A stretch of DNA of 64,000 bases, the filler included, from Sphacelaria rigidula (taxonomy: Eukaryota): assembly GCA_964200075.2 (NCBI GenBank). It is 6 parts of 6 records of this genome, joined end to end, with 100 filler letters (N's around TTAATTAATTAA, not from the genome) between each part and the next. Parts side by side here need not be neighbours in the genome. Positions count along the whole stretch, not along the records: positions 1 to 10,593 come from CAXNAA020006225.1; 5 more parts are not named here. One strand, 5' to 3'. How positions within the stretch are numbered: position 1 is the stretch's first letter; every line of letters begins with the position of its first letter. The translations under genes and the position numbers were made by a program. Under the pieces are notes generated by a model. The model was not told where the DNA came from and searched no databases. It saw nothing but the letters and a program-made list of their open reading frames with translations. This document shows, piece after piece, positions 1 through 10,693 of this stretch.

Positions 1-66
<66 letters not shown>
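1..66 (+). repeat. (ATA)n microsatellite
   Basis: Pure trinucleotide run at the contig start. Confidence 0.95.
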
Positions 67-329
67 GTAGTAATCTCCATACAACCATGGCCACAGCCAA
101 CGCTCGTGATTCGTGTCACTTGCGGGTGGGCGTTGTATTTCCCGTTAGGCCAGATTCGACAGGTGTTCGAGGTCGAGGATACAAGTGTTGTACCTATGGA
201 GTATGTGCCCATGGATATCATCATTCACACGTTTTTGGAAACAACCGTGAGGAGATCGTTTGTTACAAAGTTCTTCCGTCGTGTTGATTAATCCTTCCAC
301 CGGCAAAATGGGTCATCTGGATCATGAAG

Positions 330-1260
330 GCATTTCCAAGCATACATGATGCCGAGCCGACACAGAACTGACTCATTACCGTTTGAGTTAGGGTCAGCGG
401 GGTCAGGGTGGCATAAAAAAATCATTTTGGCCGGGCTCTCCGAAAATATCTACGAATTACCCTTGTCACGGAGCAAGCTCATGGAGTACTACTGCTCCAA
501 TCGCGAAAGGCCCGGAACTGTCACCGGTGAACAACGTGACGCGCATCTGGAGCACGAATACTTTGTGAAAGTAAAATCCGTCGAACGCGAGAATAGTCCG
601 TCTGCATAATGCATATTTTTCCAAGTGATGTTGATCATCATTCAACAGATGACCTACTCCCATTATAACTCCGAGAAACGTGCCCGCATCACCAGCTCTT
701 TTCCTTGAATTCGAATACATCGTGGAAAACGAGGCCAACGTCAACGTACCAAGTGAAAATACCTGCTGAGCTTGTACTCTTGGGCATCCACTACATGACA
801 GCGAGCACCATGCACAACGGATATGGGTCGTCTTCTGACTCACGCCAGTTTGCAAACAGGTTCAGACTTACAAAGACCAATTTGAGGCTGGATCCCTGGG
901 GTCAGGGCGTGTCTTTGCTGGACTTTTGTTCGGGAAGCGCGCACAAAGTTTTTGAATTTTCGTGCGTCTCTTGATCACAACGCTTGTAATCGTCTCCAAC
1001 CCTTTTGGATCTCACAATGGAAAAATGATCAGTTGCGATTGACGGTTTTTGGGCAAGATATGGTTGATAATTCACAGCTTAGACGCAACAATTTTGGCCA
1101 AATGCGTATTCTTCAAACCCGTACGAGTGACAAGTGTAACAAGAGAAGGTTTCCTATTTTCTTGCTGCGACCGGTCGGCTTTTTTTCTACACTCATGAGC
1201 TCCTTCCCCGGCCATAGTGCGCGGCAGGCATCTGTGAAGCATGCTTCCCGCCTGACCTGC
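330..1260 (-). pseudogene. Degraded ORF, possibly a Sola/DUF7869-like DNA transposase
   Basis: Ordered minus-strand fragments in shifting frames: FTDACRALWP, FSCYTCH, DQ...LPEQKSSKD, LVFHDVFEF, VGHLLNDDQ. Identified from recalled motif resemblance only. Confidence 0.3.
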
Positions 1261-3450
1261 ACGCCCTGCCCGCTGCAGTTTATACTCTTTGCAGTGTCAT
1301 AGCAACAAGGGCAACGCCGACGGCACATTCGCGAAATGTATGAACTGGCGATGTAATACAAATCCAGGAAGTCACCTTTCCATGCCGCCGGGGGTGCTGC
1401 GTTACCGCCTTGTACAGTACTGGGTGTGTTCACAGCAGTTTGGGGTAATCTCGACTGCAGACTCACGTCATGCACAACATCACGCTCATGCACGTTCCGA
1501 CAGCACCATCCCGCCCTATAAAAAATGGGTAAATGCGGCGTAGACGCCATGTGCCCTGCAGTTATGCACCGCCACTGTGGTGTAGAGTTTGTCAAGTGCC
1601 GTCGCCCAGGGGGTGATGCCTTACTACTTCGCGTCATGTCTGTATCTTTTTTGAAAATGATTTCTGTAAAAGGCGGGACATGCACAGAACTGCGCTCTGC
1701 CAAGTACGTGCCGACAAATATCATACTTGTGGCTGACTATTACATAACGGCGTAGCGAAAAGCACAGTTGCCCCTCCACATTTATTCCGCGGGTTGATCG
1801 TTCCCGACCGTCGCATGGACGTACTTTATGCTGCATGAGATTCATGACGCCGACTACCGCTTTTGTCTTGTGCCGTCCACTCTCGTGGCCGACTTTTCAC
1901 GACATGCCCATATTCATCTTGCGCGGAGTGTAGCCGCAAGTCAATACTGTAACCTACTGTATTTAATGACTAGCATTTTTCATCTCGCCTGCTTATGGTG
2001 GGCGGCGTCCGTCGGCTCCCTCCCGTGTACATGTATATCGCCTGTTCGGACGCCTGCGATTACGCCCGCGATGTACCACCCGCACAACCCACTGTGCCTC
2101 CCACATGTGGTGATGGGATTTCGATGGGTTCAGCCATACTGTGCTGTATGCACGGTGTGGCTTGGCAAACTCGCCACCCGATGCTGCAGCCCGTGAAAGC
2201 GGTGCTTTCCAAATCTGCAAATGCGGAAATGCTGATATACCGATGTGCCGTACCAGATCCGGGAACCCATTGCTGTTTTTTCAATGGAATGTTTCATAGT
2301 GGTTTTGCTGATTATTGTCGATGGATACAATTGGACACACTTCATCCGTTGCGTGGTATGATAGATGGAACAGCTTTTTTAGCTCGACTATTCAACCCAA
2401 ATACAAGATATAATTATATTTTCGCACCAACACAAATAAAAAGGGGTGATATTATGAGATTAAACTCTGGGCATCTTAAAAATACCTTACCCAAATTCTC
2501 CAGGGAGGACATTCTTCTTCGGTCTTCCATTATAAAAATGGTTACCGTCGGCCTTTTCTGTTTCCATATTTCCTCTCCGTCAGGGCTTTCCATAATAAGG
2601 CGTTTGGCCAGGGGACAGGAGGGGAGGGTTCCAGAAGGGTTAATGCTCGTATTTTGTTGCGGGCAGTTTGAATCAGCAAAATGTTCAAACTTATATTCCA
2701 TGTACGCGGTATCACGTTGTTTTTGCAAGTATGACTAATCGTCTCTGTAAGGCTACAGGCAAGACGCACAAGACAACATCCCGGAGAAACACGTACGCCA
2801 ACGATTCACGCGCATAACTTCAGGTGCAAGTCCTTGCTAACTTACACACGGCCGTCTTTGACAGAAATCCGTCCTGTTTTGGACGAATGCCGGTCGCGTG
2901 CGTGCCAAACACAACCGGAAAGGTCGTTGCCAACCGCTTGTCGGCGTGTGCAGTACGCGCGTCTCACACAAACCACCATTTTCCAATGAATGATGAAGAT
3001 TTGAGCATCAGACGAGGGGCAGCGATGAAAAAAACAGGACAAACTTGAGTAGAGCATCGGAGGCCGGGTCCGATGTACCAAAACCTATAATTTCAAGATC
3101 TTCCTTCCTCTGGCGACTGTTGCGATGTTTTCCCGTCTTGCACTGTTCCCACCGCCGACTCTCCAATGGAGGAGTCACATATGTGGCAAAAAAGTCGCTC
3201 ATTTTGATAATACCTCCTCGTCTATTCGATTACTTCATGATGATGAGTAGCGCTCTGTACTGAAAGTTTTATCGAAGGTGTTGCGAGGTATCGTGTATGA
3301 ACTGCCGTGGGTGGGGGCTGGTGAGGTGGGGCGCTGGGGCAGGTGGGTTCATTAACCTGCACGCTTTTTTCAGTTTTTTCATGGCCATTGTTCGCCCATG
3401 CATTCAACATAGTCTGTGAAGTCACGTCGAGGAGTCGCCGACGGTCAGGA

Positions 3451-3980
3451 GTACTTTTCACTCAAGTATTACGGAGAGTACTTACTCAATATTTGAGTAG
3501 AGTCTTTGAGGTCGTACTTGATCTACTCAAATATTGAGAAAGGTATTTGAGGCCGTACTTTTCGTGCTCAAAAATTAAGTAGAGTATTTGAGGCCGTACT
3601 TTTCGTACTCAAAAATTAACCCTTTGGGAACTAGACCCCCAGGGAGTAATGATTTTTGTTTTGGTGAATCGGCATCATTTTCAGTCATTTTTAAGTCAAA
3701 ATGATGCCGATTCACAAAGATTCACAAAACAAAAATCAGCACTTGCGTTCCCAAAGGGTGACGTGAAGTATTTGAGGTCGTACTATTCGTACTCATAATT
3801 TGAGTAGAGTATTGAGGTCATACTCAAAGGATACTCTTTACCCGAGTATTGCCGAGAGTGCTTACTCCACATTTAAGTAGAGTATTAGAGGCCGTACTCG
3901 ATCTACTCAAACGTCGAGTAGAGTAAATACCCGAGTATTTTACTCGAGTACTCAAAAGTACATGCTCCACTCGACCTACT
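3451..3980. repeat. Degenerate TACTCAA/TTGAGTA-motif repeat array (related array at ~30050-30258)
   Basis: Recurrent GAGTAGAGTATTTGAGG.CGTACT units; probably the subterminal array of a DNA transposon. Confidence 0.6.
3620..3758. mobile_element. piggyBac-like palindromic MITE, copy 1
   Basis: TTAA|CCCTTTGGGAAC ... GTTCCCAAAGGG; internal palindrome GAATCGGCATCATTTT / AAAATGATGCCGATTC; second copy at 49428. Confidence 0.7.
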
Positions 3981-4041
3981 CTTGCATACATCGTAATGAT
4001 ATATCATGTAGTATAGGTCTAAATTATAAGACGATATTATA

Positions 4042-5498
4042 CGAGCTGAGTCAGCCTAGAGGCGATAATTTGGTTTGCAGGCCCATTTTACGGCCAATAT
4101 TCAGAGTTGGACCCTGAAAATTGGTATGGACAATGAATAGGGCAAAATAAAAAAAAATACCAATGCACACAAGGGTTTTTTGTTTTGATCATGAGTCAGG
4201 GGCAATAATCATACCCTATTCTTTGTCCATACCAAATTTCAGGGTCCAACTCCACGTACTGGCGGTATAATAGACCCTTTAGTGACGGTCAAAATAAATT
4301 CGGAACAGTATTTTGTAGACCACTCACCGGCCCACGTTTGGGGTTTGTGCATTAAAACGTGGTGTAGGCCGTGATTAGGGTATAATTGAAGAAAAAAAGT
4401 GTGTCAGATTATTTTTTTCTTGTTTTTTCACTGGGTCAGGGCGTTTTAGTGTGGAAACCGCCAGCGTTTTACGAGAACGCCCGAAGCTCCCCCGAAAAAT
4501 AAAACTGAGGGCCCATTATTTTTTTATTCAAGATACCTTTGTGGTTCTTCATCCTGTGTGTGTTGTGTGTTGACGTCCAATTTATTCTGGGCGCCAGCCT
4601 ACACCTTTCGGTATATGTGGGCGCATCAGCCGGGGTCACACGGGAAAAAGGTCAACACAGGACCTTCTTTCTTTCTTTATTTTTAGTACCCCACTCTCTT
4701 TTCTGCGGTGCTTGCTTTTTTCAATGCGAGAGGGGTTCAGCAGTCCCTTTCCCTCGTCGACCGTTTAGTCGAATTTCGTGTTCCCACGACAGAGTCGCTC
4801 TCCACTGTTGTGCATGGTGTAAGAAAAATCTCAGATCGCTCCGGGAATCAAGCCCCACTACACAACTGTCAGAAGGTTACGAGGTCACCAACTGGGCCAC
4901 CGTTCACCCTGCGTTTCACATTACAATTCCAAAAATTGAGCTAAAAGATCGAGAAGGCCCAAAAGCAGTGTTCATTTTTCCTCACAACTACCCCAAAAAC
5001 CCGAAAAAGTTGAAAAAGCTGTGTTCATAGGCTTTATTATGCACTAGCGGTTCTCCATAGGAATATTATAGCGTAACTCTCAAAAACTGAGACGCGATAT
5101 CCAGGTCCAGCTAATCTAGCGCATCTACTCGTAATATAGTTATTTTAGAATGGAAACTTAGGGGCGTCATCTCTCGAGATATATCACGAATTAGATGAAG
5201 GTGAGGGTATCTATCGTCTCCCCGTGCTCCAGGGAGTGTCTACACCGAAATTCGTCGCCATCCGTTAAATGCAGCGATCGTGGGTTTTATAGAGATTTTA
5301 GTATGCACGCCATCTCCCTTAGGTATAGGAAGTACTATAGATGGGATTCAATCAACGAGAAAATATGGGTCCAAAATTCTGAGCAGATGGTTCCTTCGGT
5401 AGACGATTAATACAACATGCGAATCATGGCCCAACTCATCCGTGTCGACGAGACATTGCTTTGAGAGCTCAAATCCGTGTCTAGGCTGGCCCAGCTCG
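4042..5498. mobile_element. MITE family A, copy 1 (Tc1/mariner-type, TA-flanked), carrying a SINE insertion
   Basis: TA|CGAGCTGAGTCAGCCTAGA ... TCTAGGCTGGCCCAGCTCG|TA terminal inverted repeats; non-coding; homologous in inverted orientation to 6911-8458. Confidence 0.8.
4557..4902 (-). mobile_element. SINE family S1 copy inserted in MITE A copy 1
   Basis: Colinear with 48438-48810; flanked by TTCATCCTG (4548-4556) and TTCACCCTG (4903-4911); absent from MITE A copy 2. Confidence 0.75.
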
Positions 5499-5806
5499 TA
5501 CATATATGCTACCTCTCCTCAATACATTATACATCCTATATACGTTATATATCATATAGAAGTATGTATGAGATCTTTAGGGCGCACTAGAGCTCAGCGA
5601 TGGTCGTAAGGAGGCGTCCACGCGATAATATGCTGAGATGAGTGTCCAGATTCCGCCGCGTCCGTGTCGGGGGATGACTGTCCGGGCGAACATATATATG
5701 TAAATATTCATCTTCAATAAACAAATAAATATTAAGGGGCACTATATATAATAATATGATAATATACTTCGTATATTACAAAATGTGTACGCTCCTCAAA
5801 AATATA

Positions 5807-6785
5807 CTCCCTCTGACCGGGAATATATGGCCCATTTGTTGTTGAGGGCGTCACAAAAAGGTATTGTGCTCCCATCGTTAGTACCGTTCAAGAAATGCCA
5901 AAAAACAGGGGATGTTTCATATTCGTTCCCTCCCATTGATTTTGCTTTGCCCGGCTAGATTTTCCGCCAATCTGGTCAGTAAGACCGGATGTTATGGCAA
6001 ACAAATTTTTGGCCCACGGACTCATCACTTTTGGGACGTTCGAGCCACTTTTTGACCCTCAAACAGGGAAAACCGTTAACATACGTCTCGGACACTTTGC
6101 GTCACCGCACAGAGCGGAGTCCAGCCCACTTTTCAGATTCGCTTGGCTTTAAAGTTTCAATATCGGCCGCTGAACAGTAGCCCGTGTGCAAAAATCTGTG
6201 CTTGCCGACCACCGCTAGTTTGCCCAATAATCTGTGGAGATCGTCGCAGATTTTATTGCGCACGGATTATTGTTCGGCGGCGGCTCTTGAAACCTTGGAG
6301 CCGAGAAAATCTGATAAGCAGACTAGGCTCCTCTCTTTGTGGTGATGCAAAGTGTCCAAGGCGCGTGTTGGCGATTTTCCCTGTTTGGGAGTGAAAAAGT
6401 GGCTCAAACGTCCCAAAAGTGGAAAATCCGTGGGCCGAAAATCTGTTTGCCATGACATCCGGCCTAAGGAAAAAGTGTGTCGTCTTTTCCTCATGGCGAA
6501 GCTAGGAGAGGGTTTTTCTTCGGGTTTTTTTTTTGCGCTATCGTGGCTATATGTGGCAACGTGAAGGCGTGCTCCTCGGAAAAGAAAACCAGGTCTTTCT
6601 CGTTGACCGGATGCAAAACTACAGGGTGCCGAGTATCGGGACTTTTGAAGCCAAAAAACAGCAGTATGACGGGGAAAAAAAATGTGTTTTAGGTGGGAAT
6701 CGAACTCCTGACCTGCTCCTTCTATGTTCAGCTGGGCTTTTGCGCATTTTGTCCTGATCGGCCCTATATTTCCGGCCTGAGGGAG
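5807..6785. mobile_element. Stowaway-like MITE with a long internal inverted repeat
   Basis: TA|CTCCCTCTGACCGGGAATATA ... TATATTTCCGGCCTGAGGGAG|TT. CTCCCTC ends are typical of Stowaway MITEs. Internal arms at ~5985-6199 and ~6246-6462 are reverse complements. Confidence 0.7.
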
Positions 6786-6910
6786 TTTATATTATAGAGT
6801 ACATAAATATATGAAAAAAAACCCGAACAGGAGCGAACATACGCCCCGCAAATCCACTAGATTTTTTGGATTTTGTGACATTGAAAAAAAATCGCAACAG
6901 ATTCAACATA

Positions 6911-8458
6911 CGAGCTGGGCCAACCTGGACACGGATTCAAGCTTTCCAAGCAATATCTCGTCGACCCAGACGAGTCAGGCCATGATCCGCATGTTGTACT
7001 AATCATCTAACGAAGGGGAATGTGCCCATCTGCTCGAAATTTTAGGCCCATATTCTCATGAATCAAACTCCATGTCTAGTAATTCCTATACCGTACGGAC
7101 ATAGCGTCCACACTAAGATATCAATGACACCCCTGATCGATGTTTTCAGCGGATGACGACGAACTTTGGTGTGGATTTTCCCTGGAGCATGGGAAGGCGA
7201 TAAATACCCTCACCTTTACCTAATTCGTTATCTATCTCGAGATATGGCGCACATGAGTTTTCATCATAAAATCAGTATATTACGAGTAGAGGCACTACAT
7301 GAACTAAATCTGGATATTGCGAATCAGTTTTTGAGAGTAATGGTATGAAATTTTGTATGGAGAACCGCTAGTGCACAATGAAGCTCATGAACACAGCTTG
7401 CCAATTTTTCCGGGTTTCTGGGGCAGTTTCAAGGAGACGTCAACACTGCTTTCGGCCCTCATCTAAATTTTCATAACTGTGATTCGAAACTCAGGAAAGA
7501 ACCACAGACGTACGCTAAATAAAAAAAATGAGCCCTCCGCTTTACTTTTGGGGGGGAAGGTTCGGGCGTTCTCGTAGAACATTGACGGTTTCCATACTAG
7601 AACGCATGAAACCATTGAAAAAATGAGAAAAAAAAAACTAACCCACTTCGCTTCGTCAATCGTGCCCTAGCCACGGCCCACGCAAAGTTTCAGTACAGAA
7701 ACATCAAACATGGGCCGGTAAGAGACCTGCAAAATACCGTTCAGAGTTTCTTCTGACCTCCTTACTGAACGGCTCATTGTACGGCCAATATTTAGAGTTG
7801 GACCCTGAAATTTGGTTTGGACAATGTAGGACAGAAGAGAAACAATCACCAGCGCACCTAAGATTATGTCCTCAGTCGGTGGCTCTGCGGTGTCCACTGA
7901 TGTGTATCTGTATCTACTCTGCTGCCCTGAATCCCTTGGACCTTTCCCTCCTTCCCATCATTTTCTTGGATTTTATTTCATTTGTTCTCGACGTACCTCT
8001 TCTTTTCCGTTCTTTTTTCCGTTTCAGGTGGGCCATTTATTCTTGTCCTTTCCTTGTGTTGACTTCTTTATTTGTATTCCTCGTCTCGAGTTGGCCTGCT
8101 CTATCGTTCTGTTCTACTTTTTTTTTCGTTATATTTTCTCTTCAGGGCGTGTTACAGTTTCATTCTTCTTGGGTACGTCCATCGTGTGACCACGGCTGGA
8201 CCCCTTGGGGGTCAGTTAAAGTGCGACAATCAATCAATCAATCGAGTTTTTTTTCAAGAGTCAGGGGCCATAATCAGTTTTCAGGTATCAGTAAAGTGCC
8301 CCTAACTCATGAAAAAAAAAAAATCGTGTGCATTGGTCATTGTTTTAATTTTGCCCGATTCAGTGTACACACCAAATTTTAGGGTCCACCTCCAAATATT
8401 GGCCATACAATGAATGAGCCTGCGAATTACAAATTCGCTTCTCGGCTGGCCCAGCTCG
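6911..8458. mobile_element. MITE family A, copy 2 (inverted relative to copy 1), carrying a retroposon-tail insertion
   Basis: TA|CGAGCTGGGCCAACCTGGA ... TCTCGGCTGGCCCAGCTCG|TA. Internal blocks are reverse complements of copy 1, e.g. ATGGAGAACCGCTAGTGCA near 7358 versus TGCACTAGCGGTTCTCCAT near 5040. Confidence 0.8.
8160..8243 (+). repeat. Retroposon-like 3' end with (TCAA)n tail; related copies at ~47255-47340 (-) and ~55980-56060 (+)
   Basis: Shared CGTCCATC...ACCACGGCTGGA...TCAGTT.A.GTGCGACA followed by a short-repeat tail at three unlinked sites. Confidence 0.6.
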
Positions 8459-10391
8459 TAGATATATCCAGGAATCAGCATAATTTTTATATTTGGAAAA
8501 ATGCTTACCGGCGTCTGAAGTCATCGGGACAAGGGGCACGGAGCAGAAGCAAACATACGAACCCCGCGAAGCTAGCCACACTTCTAGGTTTTCGTCATCG
8601 TATATTGATCGATCTCGTCACAAAATGAAGGGAGAACATATAAACAGTGTTTTCTTCATCAAATTTATTGCCACATTGTCAACAGTTTCAGCTGAAATTT
8701 TCCAGAGGCGGCGCATAAGAGTCAGGGTTGGGGAGCTATACTTCGAGTTTGAAAAACCCAGCATGTGCGAAGCACGAACGTTCGACGACGAATTCGTGTC
8801 AACCCCGCGCATTTCCCCATTGATTTCCTTTCGTCGGTTTCATTTATTGTGTACAGTCACCGATGGGTCTGCATTGTCCAACCCTTTTGGTACCATTTTT
8901 CCCCGCAATCGTGTGTTGATGGCAGGTGTGCATTCGTGTTGTTTTCAAGTCAAGATGATGCCATAGACACCTCGTTTTGAATCGGCATCCTTTTGACTTG
9001 GAGAACAAAGCTGATGGACACCACTGACGAACGATTGTGGGGGAAAAGGCACAAGATCATTACATTGGGATGATTTTGTACCAAATTAAATTATCTGCGC
9101 TAAGCGCCACTGCGGTCGAGCGTTCAAGATCGACACCTGGCAAACACTGAGGACCCGTTCAAAATTCAGCCGGAGAACCAACCATGGGGCATGTCCTGTT
9201 TCTCCGTACTGCAGCACAGACGCGCCCCAGTCTGGTTCCGTATGTGCTGTAGCTCATCACTGTTATGTGTTATGTTCAGGTCTTGCAAAGGCGGTTTGGT
9301 CTCCGCTGCTCTGTAAAATATGGAATCAATCGAGAAGCAGTGCGGTATTCACACTAGTATAAACTGTGATGAAAAAATCGTGTTACCCGGACCCATCACT
9401 TGCGCGATATTGAACATGGCTGGGTAAAGACACACAACCAGCGCCGCCAACACTGCACAACCGGCTGGGCCAGACCCCGTGCTCCAATGAAAAGAACAAC
9501 CAACAGCACAGTGCGGATATATTGCACCACCAGGGCACTGCGCCGCTGGCACCAGCGCTCGTGGTCACGGCAAGACACAACCAGCCAAAGTAAGATGAGA
9601 GTATATATACCGATACACATGAGCATCGTTATGACCCACTGTGACGGCAACGTACCACTCGCTGTCTGCCTGTCTGCTTGCAGCTTTGTTTCTCTACTGC
9701 TGCTTTATTCGTCCCGGCGTACACTACAGGTGTGACTCGCGTCTGCGAGCCAATCACAAGCATTCTTGACCACATAATCCACCACGAAGATCGCATTTCA
9801 TTGACGCTAGATTCCGCCGATTCCTCTCTGAGTGGCCGTTGATTGATTGATTTTTACATTCACTACAAAATATATATCCCCATGTATGGACGTTGTGCCG
9901 AGGGAAAGTGGAGAATAGGGCAACAAACACACCGTTGTGGAGAGTCTGGTCTTGATCACATGGAGGCGGTGTCATGTAAGGTTCGGCGTCAACATAATCC
10001 GCATTTCGCTCGCGATGGCGCCGGAACTTTTAGTGTGTGGATTGATACTGCACTCAAGTGTCACAGGCACGCCGTAGACGCGCAAGGCGGTTGAGGGCCC
10101 GGTTTGCATTGAAACGGTTTCTACCAAGGTTGACTGCATTTTTTTCAAGCACTTCCTGTCTGATGACGATTGTACTGGGTATAGTATCGGTCGGATCCGC
10201 AGGCTGCAACGGATCATCTCGCTGTTCAGTGTCGAGAGCAGGTAGAACCGCTCAAGACGTCACTGCTGCGGTTGATACGCAGTGTCAAACGAAGACGGCC
10301 AACAGTATATTGTGTATATGTGTTTCAAGATCGATGCGCGCACGGTGGGGCTTTCATCTAGAGAACCCTACACCAACTCCGCTGTGTTCTA

Positions 10392-10593
10392 CGAGCTGGG
10401 CCAGCCTAAAAACGGATTTAAGCTCTAAAAGCAATATCTCATCGACACAACGGAGTTGGGCCGTGATCCGCATATCGTATTAATCGTCCAACAAACGGGA
10501 ATGTGCCCACCTGCTCAGAAGTTTGGGCCCACATTTTTTTTGTTGATTAAACCCAATGTCTAGTAATTCCCATACATAACGGAGGTGGCTTCC
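10392..10593. mobile_element. MITE family A, copy 3 (cut by the contig end)
   Basis: TA|CGAGCTGGGCCAGCCTA followed by sequence colinear with 6911-7100. Confidence 0.75.
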
Positions 10594-10693
10594 NNNNNNN
10601 NNNNNNNNNNNNNNNNNNNNNNNNNNNNNNNNNNNNNTTAATTAATTAANNNNNNNNNNNNNNNNNNNNNNNNNNNNNNNNNNNNNNNNNNNN
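10594..10693. other. Artificial contig spacer (N44-TTAATTAATTAA-N44); also at 21287-21386, 31979-32078, 42671-42770, 53362-53461
   Basis: Identical 100-bp structure containing a six-frame stop linker, five times. Confidence 0.98.

Noticed and set aside
1995..2738. 247-aa plus-strand ORF
   Set aside because: No recognisable motifs or exon-like composition; it lies in a decayed region whose coding-like signal is on the other strand.
10594..10693. Periodic TTAATTAATTAA palindromes every ~10.7 kb
   Set aside because: Artificial six-frame-stop linkers inside N spacers.
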